From: Trichoplax sp. H2
Lineage: Eukaryota
DNA: 64,000 nucleotides
NCBI GenBank assembly: GCA_003344405.1
Contig: NOWV01000111.1
Coordinates: forward strand, 186,001-250,000
Reading direction: 5' to 3'
In this document: in pieces, positions 13,189-26,785 of the stretch
Layout: every line of letters begins with the position of its first letter
Numbering within the stretch: the first letter of the stretch is position 1
Position numbers and translations under genes: made by a program
The notes under the pieces: model-generated
Database searches by the model: none
What the model was told of the DNA's origin: nothing
Seen by the model: only the letters and a program-made list of their open reading frames with translations

Positions 13189-16100
13189 AATAATATAAAT
13201 GTGAGTTTGTTTTTATATACTAGACATGCATTAAATTTGTAATATGAAAAACTGGACCATTCGCTTTATTGTATTTACAATCCCCAAGCTCCTGTCAAAT
13301 CTATGATATTTCTTGTTTAAAAATAAATATGAATTCTGTAGCTTTTAATTGCAATCATCTTATTTATTGGAATGCGACCTCAACTCAAGTAAGATATTTA
13401 CGAGGTTTCTAAGTATAACAGGACAGAAATATCGGGGCTTTTAATAAGTTTAATCAACGTAAAACATTCAACGTATCCACTCTTCAAATAGCCACCAATT
13501 AAAGGCAGAGCTGATACCGTTGCTTTACCTGTTAAGATTCACCAGTTATTTTAAATTTGATGATTTAAAACTTCATTTATATTGCAAAGAGTTTAACTGC
13601 GTCGCTAAGACAAATTAAATGATGTATACTTGTACAATATGCAGCATGGTGTACTTAAAGTTAAAGTAAAGCATCAGTTATAAAATTCGATGTGAGGTAA
13701 TGAATCTGATGTACATAAATTATATGATTCATCATTATCCTTAAAACTATTAATAACTGGTTCTTGAATATCTTTGTATAAGAATTTCGAAACTGTTTAT
13801 TCGCTATTTGATTGATTGGTCAAAAATTACTCTACATCTATCCAAATACTAAAACATGATTTCTACTATTAATACTAACTTATTAAGATATGTACTAACC
13901 TTATTAATATGTAAATCGACTCTCTTACCACGCAGTGGGTCGCCTTAACATCATCTTTACCATTCAGAAATCATCATGTGTATAAATTAATATTAAATAC
14001 GCGTATCATTAATTTAAAGTCGCGGATATTATTTCCTTAAGCGAGGCTTGAAATAGCTTTTAACCCATTCCTTGTCTTCATCATTAATTTATACTGGTAT
14101 TTGTCTTACCGTGGCTACAAAAATCTATTACAGATAGCATATCGTAAATTTTGTAATCACAGATCTTAGAAGGCATCCATAGTTCACGTCAAATCATATT
14201 TCAATCGCAAAACATTATAATTTTCATTTCTTCTTTGCGATATAATTGTGACAGCTAAAAATTTACTGAAAAGAATAGTAGACCACTTTTTAAATAGCTT
14301 CTACCATATTGTTCGAATATTAAGTTTACTAACTATAAAATCGTACGTATTTTTCAAAAATTGATTGACGTTCTAAGAATTGATCTACTATATAAATAAT
14401 AATCATTTAATTTATATACTTAAAAAGAAATTCATATTAAAATTTGACCATTTCATTAGTAAAAGTAGTTAATGTTTAAAACGGTACTGTTCAGTTTTTT
14501 ATCATTGTTGTAGTGCCTGATCTAGGTTAATTATTTAAGTTAGGATAAAATCTTAAATTTATTAGATAAATACCCTCCGCAGAATATAATAAAGCTTCAT
14601 TATAAATGTCGAGTATCCAATATCATACTGTCTTGTATTGCTAATTATTAATTTTTTTTAATTTAGCTATCTAAATTGAACTATGGTAATGATTTATTGC
14701 ACTAATACCATACTAATATCGCTGAACTTTCAACGTTATTAAACGCCTTACTGGTAGATTGCGGAATAATCAAAAACTATATGGTCGGAAAAAATCAATA
14801 AGTCGATTCAACTCTTTATTAAATTTCTTAGTTGAACTAACAATCATTAGTTCAATACAGACTACCTTTGACTTCTATCTTTCATACTAACTTAAAAGAA
14901 TGCCTTCATAAAATTCTTTTGTATGTTATATATCCACAGCTTGAAATTACATGCATAACTCTTACGTTATACTTTTTATCATTATTAATCATTAATCGCT
15001 GGCTTTGCAAGTTATACCAAACGATAAAACTCTAAAATAGTGAGAGGTCGAATCTATCCAACAAATAATTAGCTATTACTGTGATTCATACTGAAAACAT
15101 AAGCTGTAATTTGCAAAACACAATGCTGTCGATAGGCCTAATACATGGTCTACTAAAAAAATTTAGTAGTCCACGATTAATGCCACTACTTTTCTCTCTA
15201 TATACTGTATCGTCTTGGTCCATAAAAATGAATTATTTCATAATTTACATTAAATTGAAGCCCTGCCATACAATCGATGAGATTTTAGACGCATAATTAG
15301 CAATTATTCTCATTGCAATCGCAAGCAATCTCGGTATTGTACTGAAAATGGTGCTTGACGCTTTCGACATAATTGGATATCGTGGATTTTCTGTAATTAG
15401 GACATATCCTATTTTATAAATTATGATCTATCACTTCATAATAATACTAATGGCCAGCATATGAAAATTTAATCTTTTGCATATTATAATTTTTCCAGGC
15501 ATTTAAAATTATTCGATAACTGTCTGTTCATGCCAATTCCATTTGCTACGCCATCTCACTAATTGATCCTATAAAAGTGCAGCTCTCTGGCAATTTATAA
15601 ATTAGTACTATTTCCCTAAAATCATCCGGGCATTAATCTCTAATTTCACAATAAATCGAAGAGACTAGACTTATTTTTTTGTAGGCTTGTGTTGATCATG
15701 TGATATAAAACTACTACATAATTCGTATTTATGCAAAAATCAATTACTCTTTGCATGTAAATGAACGTAATTGTTTATTTTGATAATGGCACTAGTCCAG
15801 TAAATCTTAGTATAATCGTCATACAAGTATAACAAGCTCCATAGGATATTGGTGATGCTATAAACAGCAGTAATTTGTTGAATTATGTTTTAAACGTCCT
15901 TTACCATTTGTGGCAAAATAAACAAAAATCGAAAGGCTGACATCATAAAATAGCCAACTTGATTGTTAATAATTGTTTAGTAGACCAATAAAACCTTGCT
16001 TTTATCGCCATATTTAATTATTAAGGCCACTTGAAAAGTCGCCTATATTAAATTTATAGGTAAATTCTCAACATATGAGACCCATTTCATTTATGTCACT

Positions 16101-17449
16101 ATAACCTGTTTGATCAATTGTAAGTATTTTGATAAATTTAATACGTGAATAAAAACTGTCGATCGAAAAGTGTAAAAGTGGCATTATTTTATGCCTGATG
16201 TTCAATAAATATAATAAATTTCTTTAGATGAAATTAGCGCTCCTACCCATTATAACGTTAATGGTGTAGATTCTTATCCCATCAAGTAAGGTGCTAATAA
16301 AAGACATTGAAAAGAAACGCATTTTTAATACCGGTTCTAGCAAGCAGACCATTAGTAACTTTGAGCTATAAGTATTAGAAATTTTTTCCCCTAAGTATAT
16401 CTTATCAGACATTGCCACCATTTTGATGCTATAAATTATTCCTGCACATCCAAAATAGATATTTGACACTGTTAGCTTAATGTTACAATCTGAAAATTAT
16501 GTTAGTTTATTCATTGTAGCGTGTAGAGCATTATGTTTTAACGCTTCATAGATTCGCTATTAGCTATAAAATAAAGGATAGAATGGTCCTAACACTAATT
16601 ACTTAAATACTTCATCGCCTATTTCTGTCATTCCAGCAAACCATTTCAATTCGAAATTTTTATTTCACGTATTCCTTTGCCGATATAAACTATTTATTAA
16701 AATCTTCTTTAATGTACAGTATACCTGATGGGCTTTCTAATACATAGCACATAAATTGGTTCACACTCTTAAAACGAGACTAGTTTTTTCTATCTTAATT
16801 AGATATCATTAATGCTATTATATCTCTTGAACTAGCTGTTGGCTAATTCGTATGTGTGCCAATATGAAGCAAACATCAGATAAAATTACTTGAAAAATCA
16901 TGTTTTTAGCAATCTTTTAACTATGTCCAAGCGTACTCGTGATAAATTTAAACTACATTTAGCTAGACTAACCACAAATACAACATAGAATATTTTACAG
17001 TAGCATTTGCATTCATTGTACCCGTTGTCTTGTCTAATTCGTTTAGTTTTACCCTTAAAACTGCAGTAATATGGCATTCGAGTATTATCTCGATCGAGTT
17101 GGGATAATCTAGCCAAGTATCAATCTTATTATGCGCTATCATTACAATTGGCAATGTAAAATCTGCACCATATTCAGTGAGTAAAATTAATTATCAAAGA
17201 AGCACTTTATGAAGTGCTAACGATTTCGTAGTCACTGCATCGCTTAGAGAATAACACGGTACCAGTATCATTTTGCAATATTCTAAGGATCTTAAAAGTG
17301 TTTACAAGCTAATTTTATACTACGAAACTTTTATTAAAGTAATGTATGAAATAAGTATTTTGTAGCGTCATTTTAAAAATTGTTACCTTTAATAGTGCCA
17401 TTATAATCTCTATTATACCTAAACAGATTTGACCTACAAAGTTATAAGA

Positions 17450-20010
17450 ATGGAAGATCCTAATCTATTCCAATATACGCGTCCGGAAAGTAATCATCGT
17501 CATGATAGCGAGAGTAAGAAGAAAACAATTGGCCATGATGGCATCATGGAAAGATCTCATGTTTTTCAGCCTATAAATAAACAACAAGTTGCCGCAGCAT
17601 CGTGCTCTTTTGCAGCAATTGAAATTGGTTACGCTGCTCAATCGATATATGAGGTGCCAATATTATCCTCTTCAGGACTACCACGAAAATATGTTCCGTT
17701 TTTATGGTGTGCAATGCCTATCTTAGCTCTAATTATTCAACCCTATCTTGCTATTAAATCCGATCGCTGTTATTGCAGTTGGGGTAGAAGACGGCCATTC
17801 ATGCTTGCCTTTATGATTGGTATGCTTATTGGCTTGATATTGTTAGGTTACGGTAAAACTTTGGGATTCCTAATAGATCATCAATCACAACAGAGTACTA
17901 CCGCGATTGCATTTACTATCATGGGAATATGGTTTATGGATTATTTCGCTGATGCTTTGCAAGTACCAAGTAAGGCATTAATTTTAGATTACTCTAAAGA
18001 TCATGCACAAACAGCAAACAACATAGCTACTGCTGTCTCATGTTTAGGCACGATTGTTGGCTATGGAATATGCAGGTAAGATTATCAATACTACAGTGGT
18101 AGCAAAGAATCAATCCATAACCAAGTTAAAGTTCCTTCGTATTCCTGTGACTGATTACGTTAAGGAAAGACTGCGGTTGCTTTAGTGATAATTATTAATT
18201 GAGTTTAATTGAAATTTTTCAGCTTAAATTGGAAAAATACCTTTCTGACGAATTTATTTGCTACTGAAATAGAAGCTGTCTTTACAATAGCTGCAACTGC
18301 AGCCTGTATTCTATTTATCGTTGCGTTGCTTTGCTGTAAAGAGAAAGTATTATATAAACCTAACCGACCCAAGCTAATCCATCGAGAGGAAGATACAATG
18401 TTACGTCATAGCATAAAAATTGGCAGTAAGGCAATAAATGGGATGTTATTTGGATCAAAATCTGAAGCTATTAGCCGAAATTACATCGTCATGATGGAAA
18501 AAGATAGGCATAAAAATATTCAATGGAAGAAAATGGTCTCCTGCTGCAATTTTTATTTTTATGGCATTATTAAGCTGCCACACGAACTAGTAATTTTGTG
18601 TATTGTATCGAGTTTCGGCTGGATCGCTCATATTGGTTTTATATTCTTTTTCTCTGATTACATGGGCCAGTACGTGTTTAAAGGCAACAGTAATAGTGCT
18701 TTTAATTCCTCAAGTTATATAGCGTATCGTGATGGTGTAAAAATTTCCAGTTTGGCACTAATTTGCTCTAACTTTATGGGTATAATATACATTTTTATAT
18801 TGGAAAGATGGTTATTAAAGTGTATCGGTGAGTGATGCAATAATTTTATTATTGCTAACATAGCGACTATTTTCATCTATTGCAAGCGATAATGATAATA
18901 TTTAAACATAATTTCCATTTAGTGCATGGAATAAAAGTGTTGATTATATATATCAAATAGATATGTGAATATCTGTAAAATTATTAGTTTAATTCGGAAA
19001 AGCTTCGATAATGTAGCTTTAATATTATATTTTTTGATTTAATTTTAAAGAAAATAGCTTTTGCTATAGTATGTTGTGCCATGAAGAATTTTTAAGAATA
19101 TTCTGGTAGATAATCTCGTATTTTGCTTATTAAGAAATAGTTGTAAACATGATGACTTCGACGAAAGTATCTCTTAAATACTTTACTACTATTCTCGTAT
19201 ATAGTACCTCATTGCAATCTACTATAATCAATAATTCGTACAATATATATTTCTTTGCTTGATACTTTCTATTTCAAAATTAAAATCAAGCCTTCAATAT
19301 CAAGTGAAGTTGTTGAATTAGCCACAGCTAGCAAATGTTTGGAAAACAATTCCAATAGATAGTAATGACTACTTATCTTTCGTTAATCTATATTTTACTT
19401 TTTCATTTCTACTTTTACTTTACGACAGGATCAAGAATGTCTATGATTCTTGGATTCACTATATCGTGTACTGCCATGATCATTATATCTTCAGTTGATA
19501 GCATTGAAATAATATTTTGTAGTTGTTGTGCTATCGATATCGCTACAGTATCATTACACAGCATACCCTATGGCTTAATAGGGAAATATCATCATTATTA
19601 CAAGGTAAGGGCTAATAGATCAATAAATGCTTTTACTAAAATAGTCTAGAAAACGGGCAATTTACGCGATAGTTATTGCTTTTAGACTTACTGGTGATGT
19701 CATAACAACTTTTAACCTAGCTTAGATCTAATATTTTGTGGTTCTTCATGGGTTCATAATATAACTTGACTATTAGGAAGATCCAAGATGGAAGGCTCGT
19801 GGATATGGAACAGATTCATCCGTTTTAAATAATTGCATGTACCTTGGCACATTATTAATTTCAGTAACCTTTGGTTTTATTATTGAAAATTCAGATTCAA
19901 TGCAAAGTGTTATTTTTGCCGCAGGTTTGAGTAATTTTATTGCAGCTGTCATATCTATTTTTATTATTGATCCTGAAACTATTTCCTCGACTCGGAATAT
20001 AACGATATAG
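17450..20010 (+). CDS. SLC45-family (sucrose/H+ symporter-like) MFS transporter, copy 1; exons 17450-18075, 18223-18827, 19429-19604, 19777-20010
   Basis: SDRCYCSWGRRRPF family motif, hydrophobic TM segments, FFSDYMGQ, SIPYGL, RGYGTD; GT-AG introns with consistent phases. Confidence 0.9.
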
Positions 20011-23000
20011 AATTCAATAATGTTATTGTATGCAGTCAAAATACGATTCTTATATTAATACATATAGAGAAATCGTTCTATTAACATCTAAAAACATTCA
20101 TGAATATCTTAATTCTTGAATATTTAGAATATTCTCTTCATTAATTTTTTGGGATATTCTATTTGGTTGTAAATATCAACTAGTATCAAACTTTTGCTCG
20201 TGTTATAAACAATGATGCTTCTCTATTTTGTTAAAGATACGGTATAGATATCGAATATATTATCCAATATTATTAACGATTGATTATATCAATAAAATAA
20301 GATAAAAGAATGGGCATGAAACGTAGGATTGCATCAGTTTTTAGTACGGCCTGTAATCATTATAAATATCTGTAATAATGATTTATCAATAGTAGAAAGT
20401 TGGTTCAATATTGCAATGATCATTACAGGGTTGTCATTTTTAAATTCAAATTTTAACTTGCATTAAGCAATACTCTTATAATATTAATATTAGTGGTAAA
20501 TTTTCAGTCTGATTGACTTGATTCAAAATAGATCTGTCTACATGGTCTTGTATTATTGAAACATCCATTTAACTATTATGACAGTCTCTATTCAATTACG
20601 ACAGAGCTTGCGTTGAGTCAATATGATTAACTGTCTATTTGACTGTCAGTGGACATCATGGTTTTTATTGGAGTATCAATAATAACCTGGTTTTATACCT
20701 TTCTTGATATCCATTCTACTTAAATAACCGTTTGTTCATTTGGTACAGCGATGAATAACCAATAGTGCAATAAATCTAGGTAGCTGACCTATGCTATACT
20801 GGTGTATACGTAAGCACATTAATAGTATAAGAACTACAGTATTGAACTTGAATCGATTTTTTGAGTTTAAGTCATTTTAGCAACCGGTATATTAGCAAAT
20901 CTCAAGAGTAGCCTACGCGATTACGAATTATAATTATTATTCAATAAGTGTGGTGAAACGGGGGAAAAAGCAATCTCAGATTGCAGTGTATGAGTTGATA
21001 TTCAAGTAATACAGAAATTTGCTCAAAATTAGTAGTAATAAAATTGTAATCTATACATGTTTTGCTAGGCTTTACATTTGTGGCGAGGCTATAGACAGTG
21101 TACGTATCAGGTATTAATCCTTATTTTTTTCGCAGAATCAAAGTGCTACTCTCTGATACATATTAGATCTGATTATATCATTATAATATCTCCACTACAC
21201 AAGTAGATTACCTTTCTGGAGTATAGCAAATAATTCATTGATTAGCTCACCATATGATGATTAAAATAAATAATCGGCCTATTACATACATATATATATA
21301 TGTTATATATATATATATATTATCATCATATCATATTAATGCCATTGTACGTGTGTCGCTCTGTTAAAGAGGATTCTGACTCTATATTGACTTAAAAGTG
21401 GACTATATTCCATGAAGTTTCTACGAATTTCGCTAGATAATTATTATTATTCCAAAAGAATATTATCAATGCTACCAGGCTGAATGGTGATTACTTGCAG
21501 TCCGTCAGCTCATGGTGGAAGAGTCGGTTTTAATATCTTGATTTAACCGCTTCTCATTACGTCTTATCCGCATCTACTACAGCACACAAAATCCGCCAGC
21601 TGCTTCTTGTATCAACAATTCAACATACAATATAAGTATTAAAGCCTATACAGTACTACAGTCTAACGGATTAATTGATTATTCCCTATAGTATTTTATC
21701 CACGAGTATACCTGGATAAAGATAGAACAGTTCAAATTACCGTAATCCTATAAAACATCTTTGCACTATAAATAAAAATTTTGCAGTTAATAACCATAAA
21801 GTGAAGAATCATCAAAGCTTGGAAGTAGCTTGGTAAATACCTCATTTGTCATCATCACCTATCGCCTATTATTTTGCCGCAATGAGTCACCGCTGTATCA
21901 CGAGGACATTATCCTTAAAGCCAATCAACAACCAAGCCAGGAACGTGAAGGAATCAAGCTGTCTTTAAAACAGTCCATAATAAAATAACCCCTGTAGACC
22001 CTAGTCTGTGATATTGCTAGGCGTAAAGAGTCTGTACAGTACTACTCCTTCCTTTGCTCATTGCCGTGCTTGGCATAGTTGACAAATTTGAGAACAAGCA
22101 TCATTACAATGTTTTTATTTTATAAAAATCAGGTACTGATTATAATGGTAAATCGTCATAAATAATGAATTAATTAATTAGTTCATTAACAACATCCATG
22201 CTGAAGAACATATCCTGCAAGTGTACTATACCTTACAGCATACAGGAAAAGGAATCGTATTGTCATCGGTTCGTTGTGCAATGCACTAAGCGACAATTGA
22301 TTGCTTAAGTAAACATTATAAATTAAATTTCATAGGCTACACAGGATAATAATTTCTATCTGGTCTCTGGCTTACGTCGTTATTGTTAGCTGCTGATGGA
22401 ATGGAATGAAATTCTCTTCAGGTAAAACAAGGATTAGTAAAATATTGCAAATGCGACCAACAATTAGCGATTATGTTGTTAACTGAATGTCTACAGTGCC
22501 ATCTTGCTTATTGCGCCGACATTCCCCTTAGGCATGGTCGATGATTGCTCATGTGATTAAGTGATATTATTCAAGTTCTTTATGGATTAAAGTTAACGAG
22601 TATTTATTGCAGGTACTAGTTTTGATCTTGAAATATAGAATTACGTGCCAATAGACTTAGGAAAGTTTACTTTGAGTCAATTTGTTATCGTACTCTTATC
22701 ACTACTGTTACTTTTTTATCTTTGCAATGAGAAGATCCCGTGGATTTCTTTCCTTAAGCAGACGTTAGTGCATTACAACGATAATGTAACATAGGCGAGT
22801 ATACGTGTACATGTATATCACATATCGATAATTAGATGGCAGACTACAGAATAAGGATGTTATTAAACGGTTTAATGAACTTTCAGATCACAACACGTAG
22901 TCTATTAGTCAAAATAAACAACTATTGCTGTAGCTACTGACGGTAATATTGACGAAAGGAAGTAATTTCAACATAGTATACAGTAATGGTTGCAAAATTA

Positions 23001-23377
23001 TTGGCCATGATGATTAGTAAATAAATCTTGAATATCTCACTACTTGTACTACAAATAGCGTAAGCAAATTTAAAACTACTAAGTTTACCGGTGTGGTAAA
23101 TATTATGTAATGCACATGCCAATATTCTATTGATATCGCTTATTCATTCATCCTAGGGGAAGCAAGCTTACTTTTGCCAGCAATAATCTTATTATATTAC
23201 ACTTTGAATAGATAATTTTATGGCTATGTATAATTTTATTTATTTATCCTATTTTACGATTGTACATCTTATCGTACCAGTGAAGTTGTCACTATGGCTA
23301 TCATTAATTGAAAACTATGACTTATATAACGTTCATTTTTTCAACGTTTCTAATAACTGTCGGTAGGATTATAAATA

Positions 23378-25414
23378 ATGTCTGACGAAAAAGATGTCTA
23401 TGATGAAAAGAGTGAGCAGCAAATCGTAGATGAAAGCAATGAAATTAAAACACTACCAGAACGAAGACCTATCAGCATCATACGGTTAATTTGCATGTCG
23501 TGTTCGTTGGCTGCACTGGAAGTCTGTTACGCAGCTCAAGCTGTTAACGAAGTACCTATTTTATTAGCTACTGGCCTTCCACAAAAGTATATTCCTTACT
23601 TGTGGAGCCTAACACCAATTTTAGCTTTGATCATTCAGCCATATCTTGCCAGCGTATCCGATCACTGTACATGTAGCTGGGGTAGAAGGCGACCGTTCAT
23701 ACTAGCATTTGCTATTGGTATTTTCATTGGGATATTTTTCTTAGGCTTTGGAACAGCAATCGGCCATCTGATTGATCCATTTAATAATACTGTAATTATA
23801 ATACTGGTCATCACTGGGGTTTGGTTTATGGACTACTTCACTGATGCTCTACAAGTGCCTGGCAAAGCGATATTATTAGATAGCTCTATTGGTTATGCAC
23901 AGACTGCAAATAACATATCTACAATAGTTGCATCATTTGGAATGATATTAGGATATGGTATCTGCAGGTACAGTAATCCAAAACCAAGATATAATGTAGC
24001 TATATCTTAACTGTATTTCTACAAAGTCGTGATTGCCAATAATATAATATACTGTATAATTTCAGCCTTAACTAATTTTTTTCTAATAATATGGGTAGCA
24101 TCCATTGGAATAGCACCTTCTTTGGAGACCTGTTTGCTAACGAAGGACAAGCCGTGTTTACCGTTGCGGCTTTCACCTCCGGTATCCTTTTCCTAATCTC
24201 ATTCATATTTGGAAAGGAAAAGCCTTATACTAAACCAGTCAGTTCTGCAAACTTTCAAAATGATGAATCTCATAATTCTGATAATAATGAAGCTCCACCA
24301 AAAGAAAATCAAAATTATGGCACTATTCGTGAAGTTGATTCTACAGTTATAGACCAACAGAATGAAGATGCTGGCCAAAACAAGTTAAAATTATGTTGTT
24401 ATGGCTATATTTATTCTATTGTCAAAATGCCTAAAGAACTTGTTATCCTCTGTGCTCTATCAATTTTCGGCTGGATAGCTCATGTAAGTTTTTTATTCTT
24501 TTATTCTGATTTCATTGGCCAAGTTATACTCAACGGAAGTAACAACGCTCCGATAAACTCTTCTGACTACATGAACTATCTTGATGGGGTCAAAATTTCA
24601 AGTTTGGCATTTATTGGAGCAACCGTCATCGATATAATTTACACTTACCTTCTTGAATATTGGCTATTAGATCGGATTGGTATCTTAAAAAATTTTATAA
24701 TATATATATGTTATATACTCTTATACCTATGTGAAATATCGCATTGGGTTTCTATCTGATTGAAATCGATAACTAATTGTAGTGCAGCAATTGATGAATA
24801 TTGTTGATTAATAAGAAATGTTGCTAGTTGTGCATTACTTCTTTATTCGATTCCTCATATTTATCTTGCTGTCTACTCTATCCAATTAGGATCCAGGTTG
24901 GGCATGATATTTGGCTTGTGTATCTCAGGTACAGCAATGATACTTTTAGCCTTTACTACCGAACTTAGTCTGGCAATTGCATGTTGCTGTGCTACAGAAC
25001 TTGCTACAGTGACAATCTATAGCATACCTTATGGACTGGTGGGAAAATATCACTGTTACTACTCGGTAATAACAAATACGCAGTATACACCTATGATAGA
25101 TATTTCATTCATGGCAAGATATTAAAATATTGCTATCTTATATCTAGAATGATCCAAGATGGAATACTAGAGGTTGTGGAACCGATTCAGCAGTATTGAA
25201 TAACTGCCTGTACATAGGGACTTTTATCATTTCTATTACCTTCGGGCCTATTATACAAAGTACAAATTCTATTAGTGTCGTATTTATTACTGCTGGCACT
25301 TGTAACTTGATTGCTGCAGTAATTTCAGTATTCGTAGTTGATCCAGAAAATACATCACTGCTGATCGATATATCCTACGAAACTGTCAAGACTAAGGATG
25401 TTATTATTGATTAA
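23378..25414 (+). CDS. SLC45-family MFS transporter, copy 2; exons 23378-23967, 24099-24679, 24890-25065, 25148-25414
   Basis: SDHCTCSWGRRRPF, FFYSDFIGQ, SIPYGL, RGCGTD; same intron positions and phases as copy 1. Confidence 0.9.
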
Positions 25415-26109
25415 TCAATACAATAGTCATGGCATGATCTTATAGAAAAGATGTTGCATGTTACGATTAAAATAGTTTCCATACTTTTCTAATGACGAAG
25501 AGATTCCAGAATTTTAAGAATATCAGTACCCTTTCCTCCAAATTTATTTATACCAATAGTGTTGGTAATACTTTATATTTACATTTCGCTTAATTTATAA
25601 TGCAAATACATTTCAAAGCTTTCTCCTCTTTCCATGTATGTGTATAGGATGTAAATAAAAGCATTAATAACATAAATCCGCTAATAGTCATACTACCTCA
25701 AGCAATTTGATATACGGTATTTCTGCCAAATTAATTAATTATTCGAACAGAGTTGAATATCAATAGAGCAGCCCGATTGAGTAGCGGATGTAAATTGGAA
25801 ATAAAAAAGACTGCTTTCATTTTGAATCGTCTATTTTGCTTCCATTGCTTTCACCAATCAGCTGATGAGAAACGAGAATATCATCTATCTATATAAGTTA
25901 TAGATAATCGGTATTAATTCACATGAATACGCCATTCCAGCATTTGTTACTTTTAATTAGCATTGCAACTATCATTAATACTACTGACAACAGGTAGTAC
26001 AAAAGCAGATAAAGATAGGGATATCTCGATGACTATATCATAACTACAAATAACAAATAAATCTCCATAGATATCTATCTCTAGTATGGTGAAATCAAGA
26101 GTTCCATCA

Positions 26110-26350
26110 CCTACAGTGATGTGAATAAATATGGAAACACTTTACTCGTATATCAGCTGATATACGAGTAAAGTGTTTCCATATTAAAGAATCTTCACCA
26201 ATATCTGATCATGAATGAATGGCGGAACCATACGGTGATGAGAAAAAATATGGAAACTCTTTACTCGTATATCAGCTGATATACGAGCAAAGTGTTTCCA
26301 TATTAAAGAATCTTCACCAATATCCGACCATGAATGAATGGCGGAACCTA
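26110..26350. repeat. 119-bp tandem duplication, each unit containing a 58-bp palindrome
   Basis: 26128-26185 is a perfect palindrome centred on TATCAG|CTGATA; the copy at 26247-26304 has two substitutions. Confidence 0.9.
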
Positions 26351-26785
26351 AAGTGGATATCTTGAGTGCCGAAAATTTAACAGCTTTTACTATACAAAAT
26401 TCAAGAAAGTCATCAAATGTTTCCATATCGATTCTTATCACTATATACTCGTATGCATATTAACCTTAACTTAAGGTATATTGTGCCACGTCATTTTCGC
26501 TAGCCTTGCTTTGCTTTTTGCGTCCATTATCCTTCTACTAATTGCAGAACTGCTGTCGCCCTTGTACAGGTCTTCACTGACAAAGAGTTCTGGATTTGTT
26601 TCCCAAGTCCGTCTGTACCGTACAAGTACTACAAGGCGACCATTCAGTACGGTACGTTACCGTTCCGTTCCCGACTCCAGTTAAGCCATCGAAAAGGTAA
26701 ACACGGTCGCAAGCTTTGGGTTGCATGGTTCAAGGAAGAATCTTACTGATCAAACGTTATTTGTTGCAGCTTGTTATGAGGCAAT

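Noticed and set aside
16224-17180. Short minus-strand ORFs with faint ankyrin-like (LLTEYGADF) or Cys-loop-like wording
   Set aside because: Isolated words only; no coherent splice pattern or second family motif.
19773-20039. Antisense or off-frame ORFs over real exons (19773-20039, 40257-40445, 41698-42006, 55877-56116, 4178-4423, 7259-7447)
   Set aside because: Shadows of coding sequence on the opposite strand or another frame.
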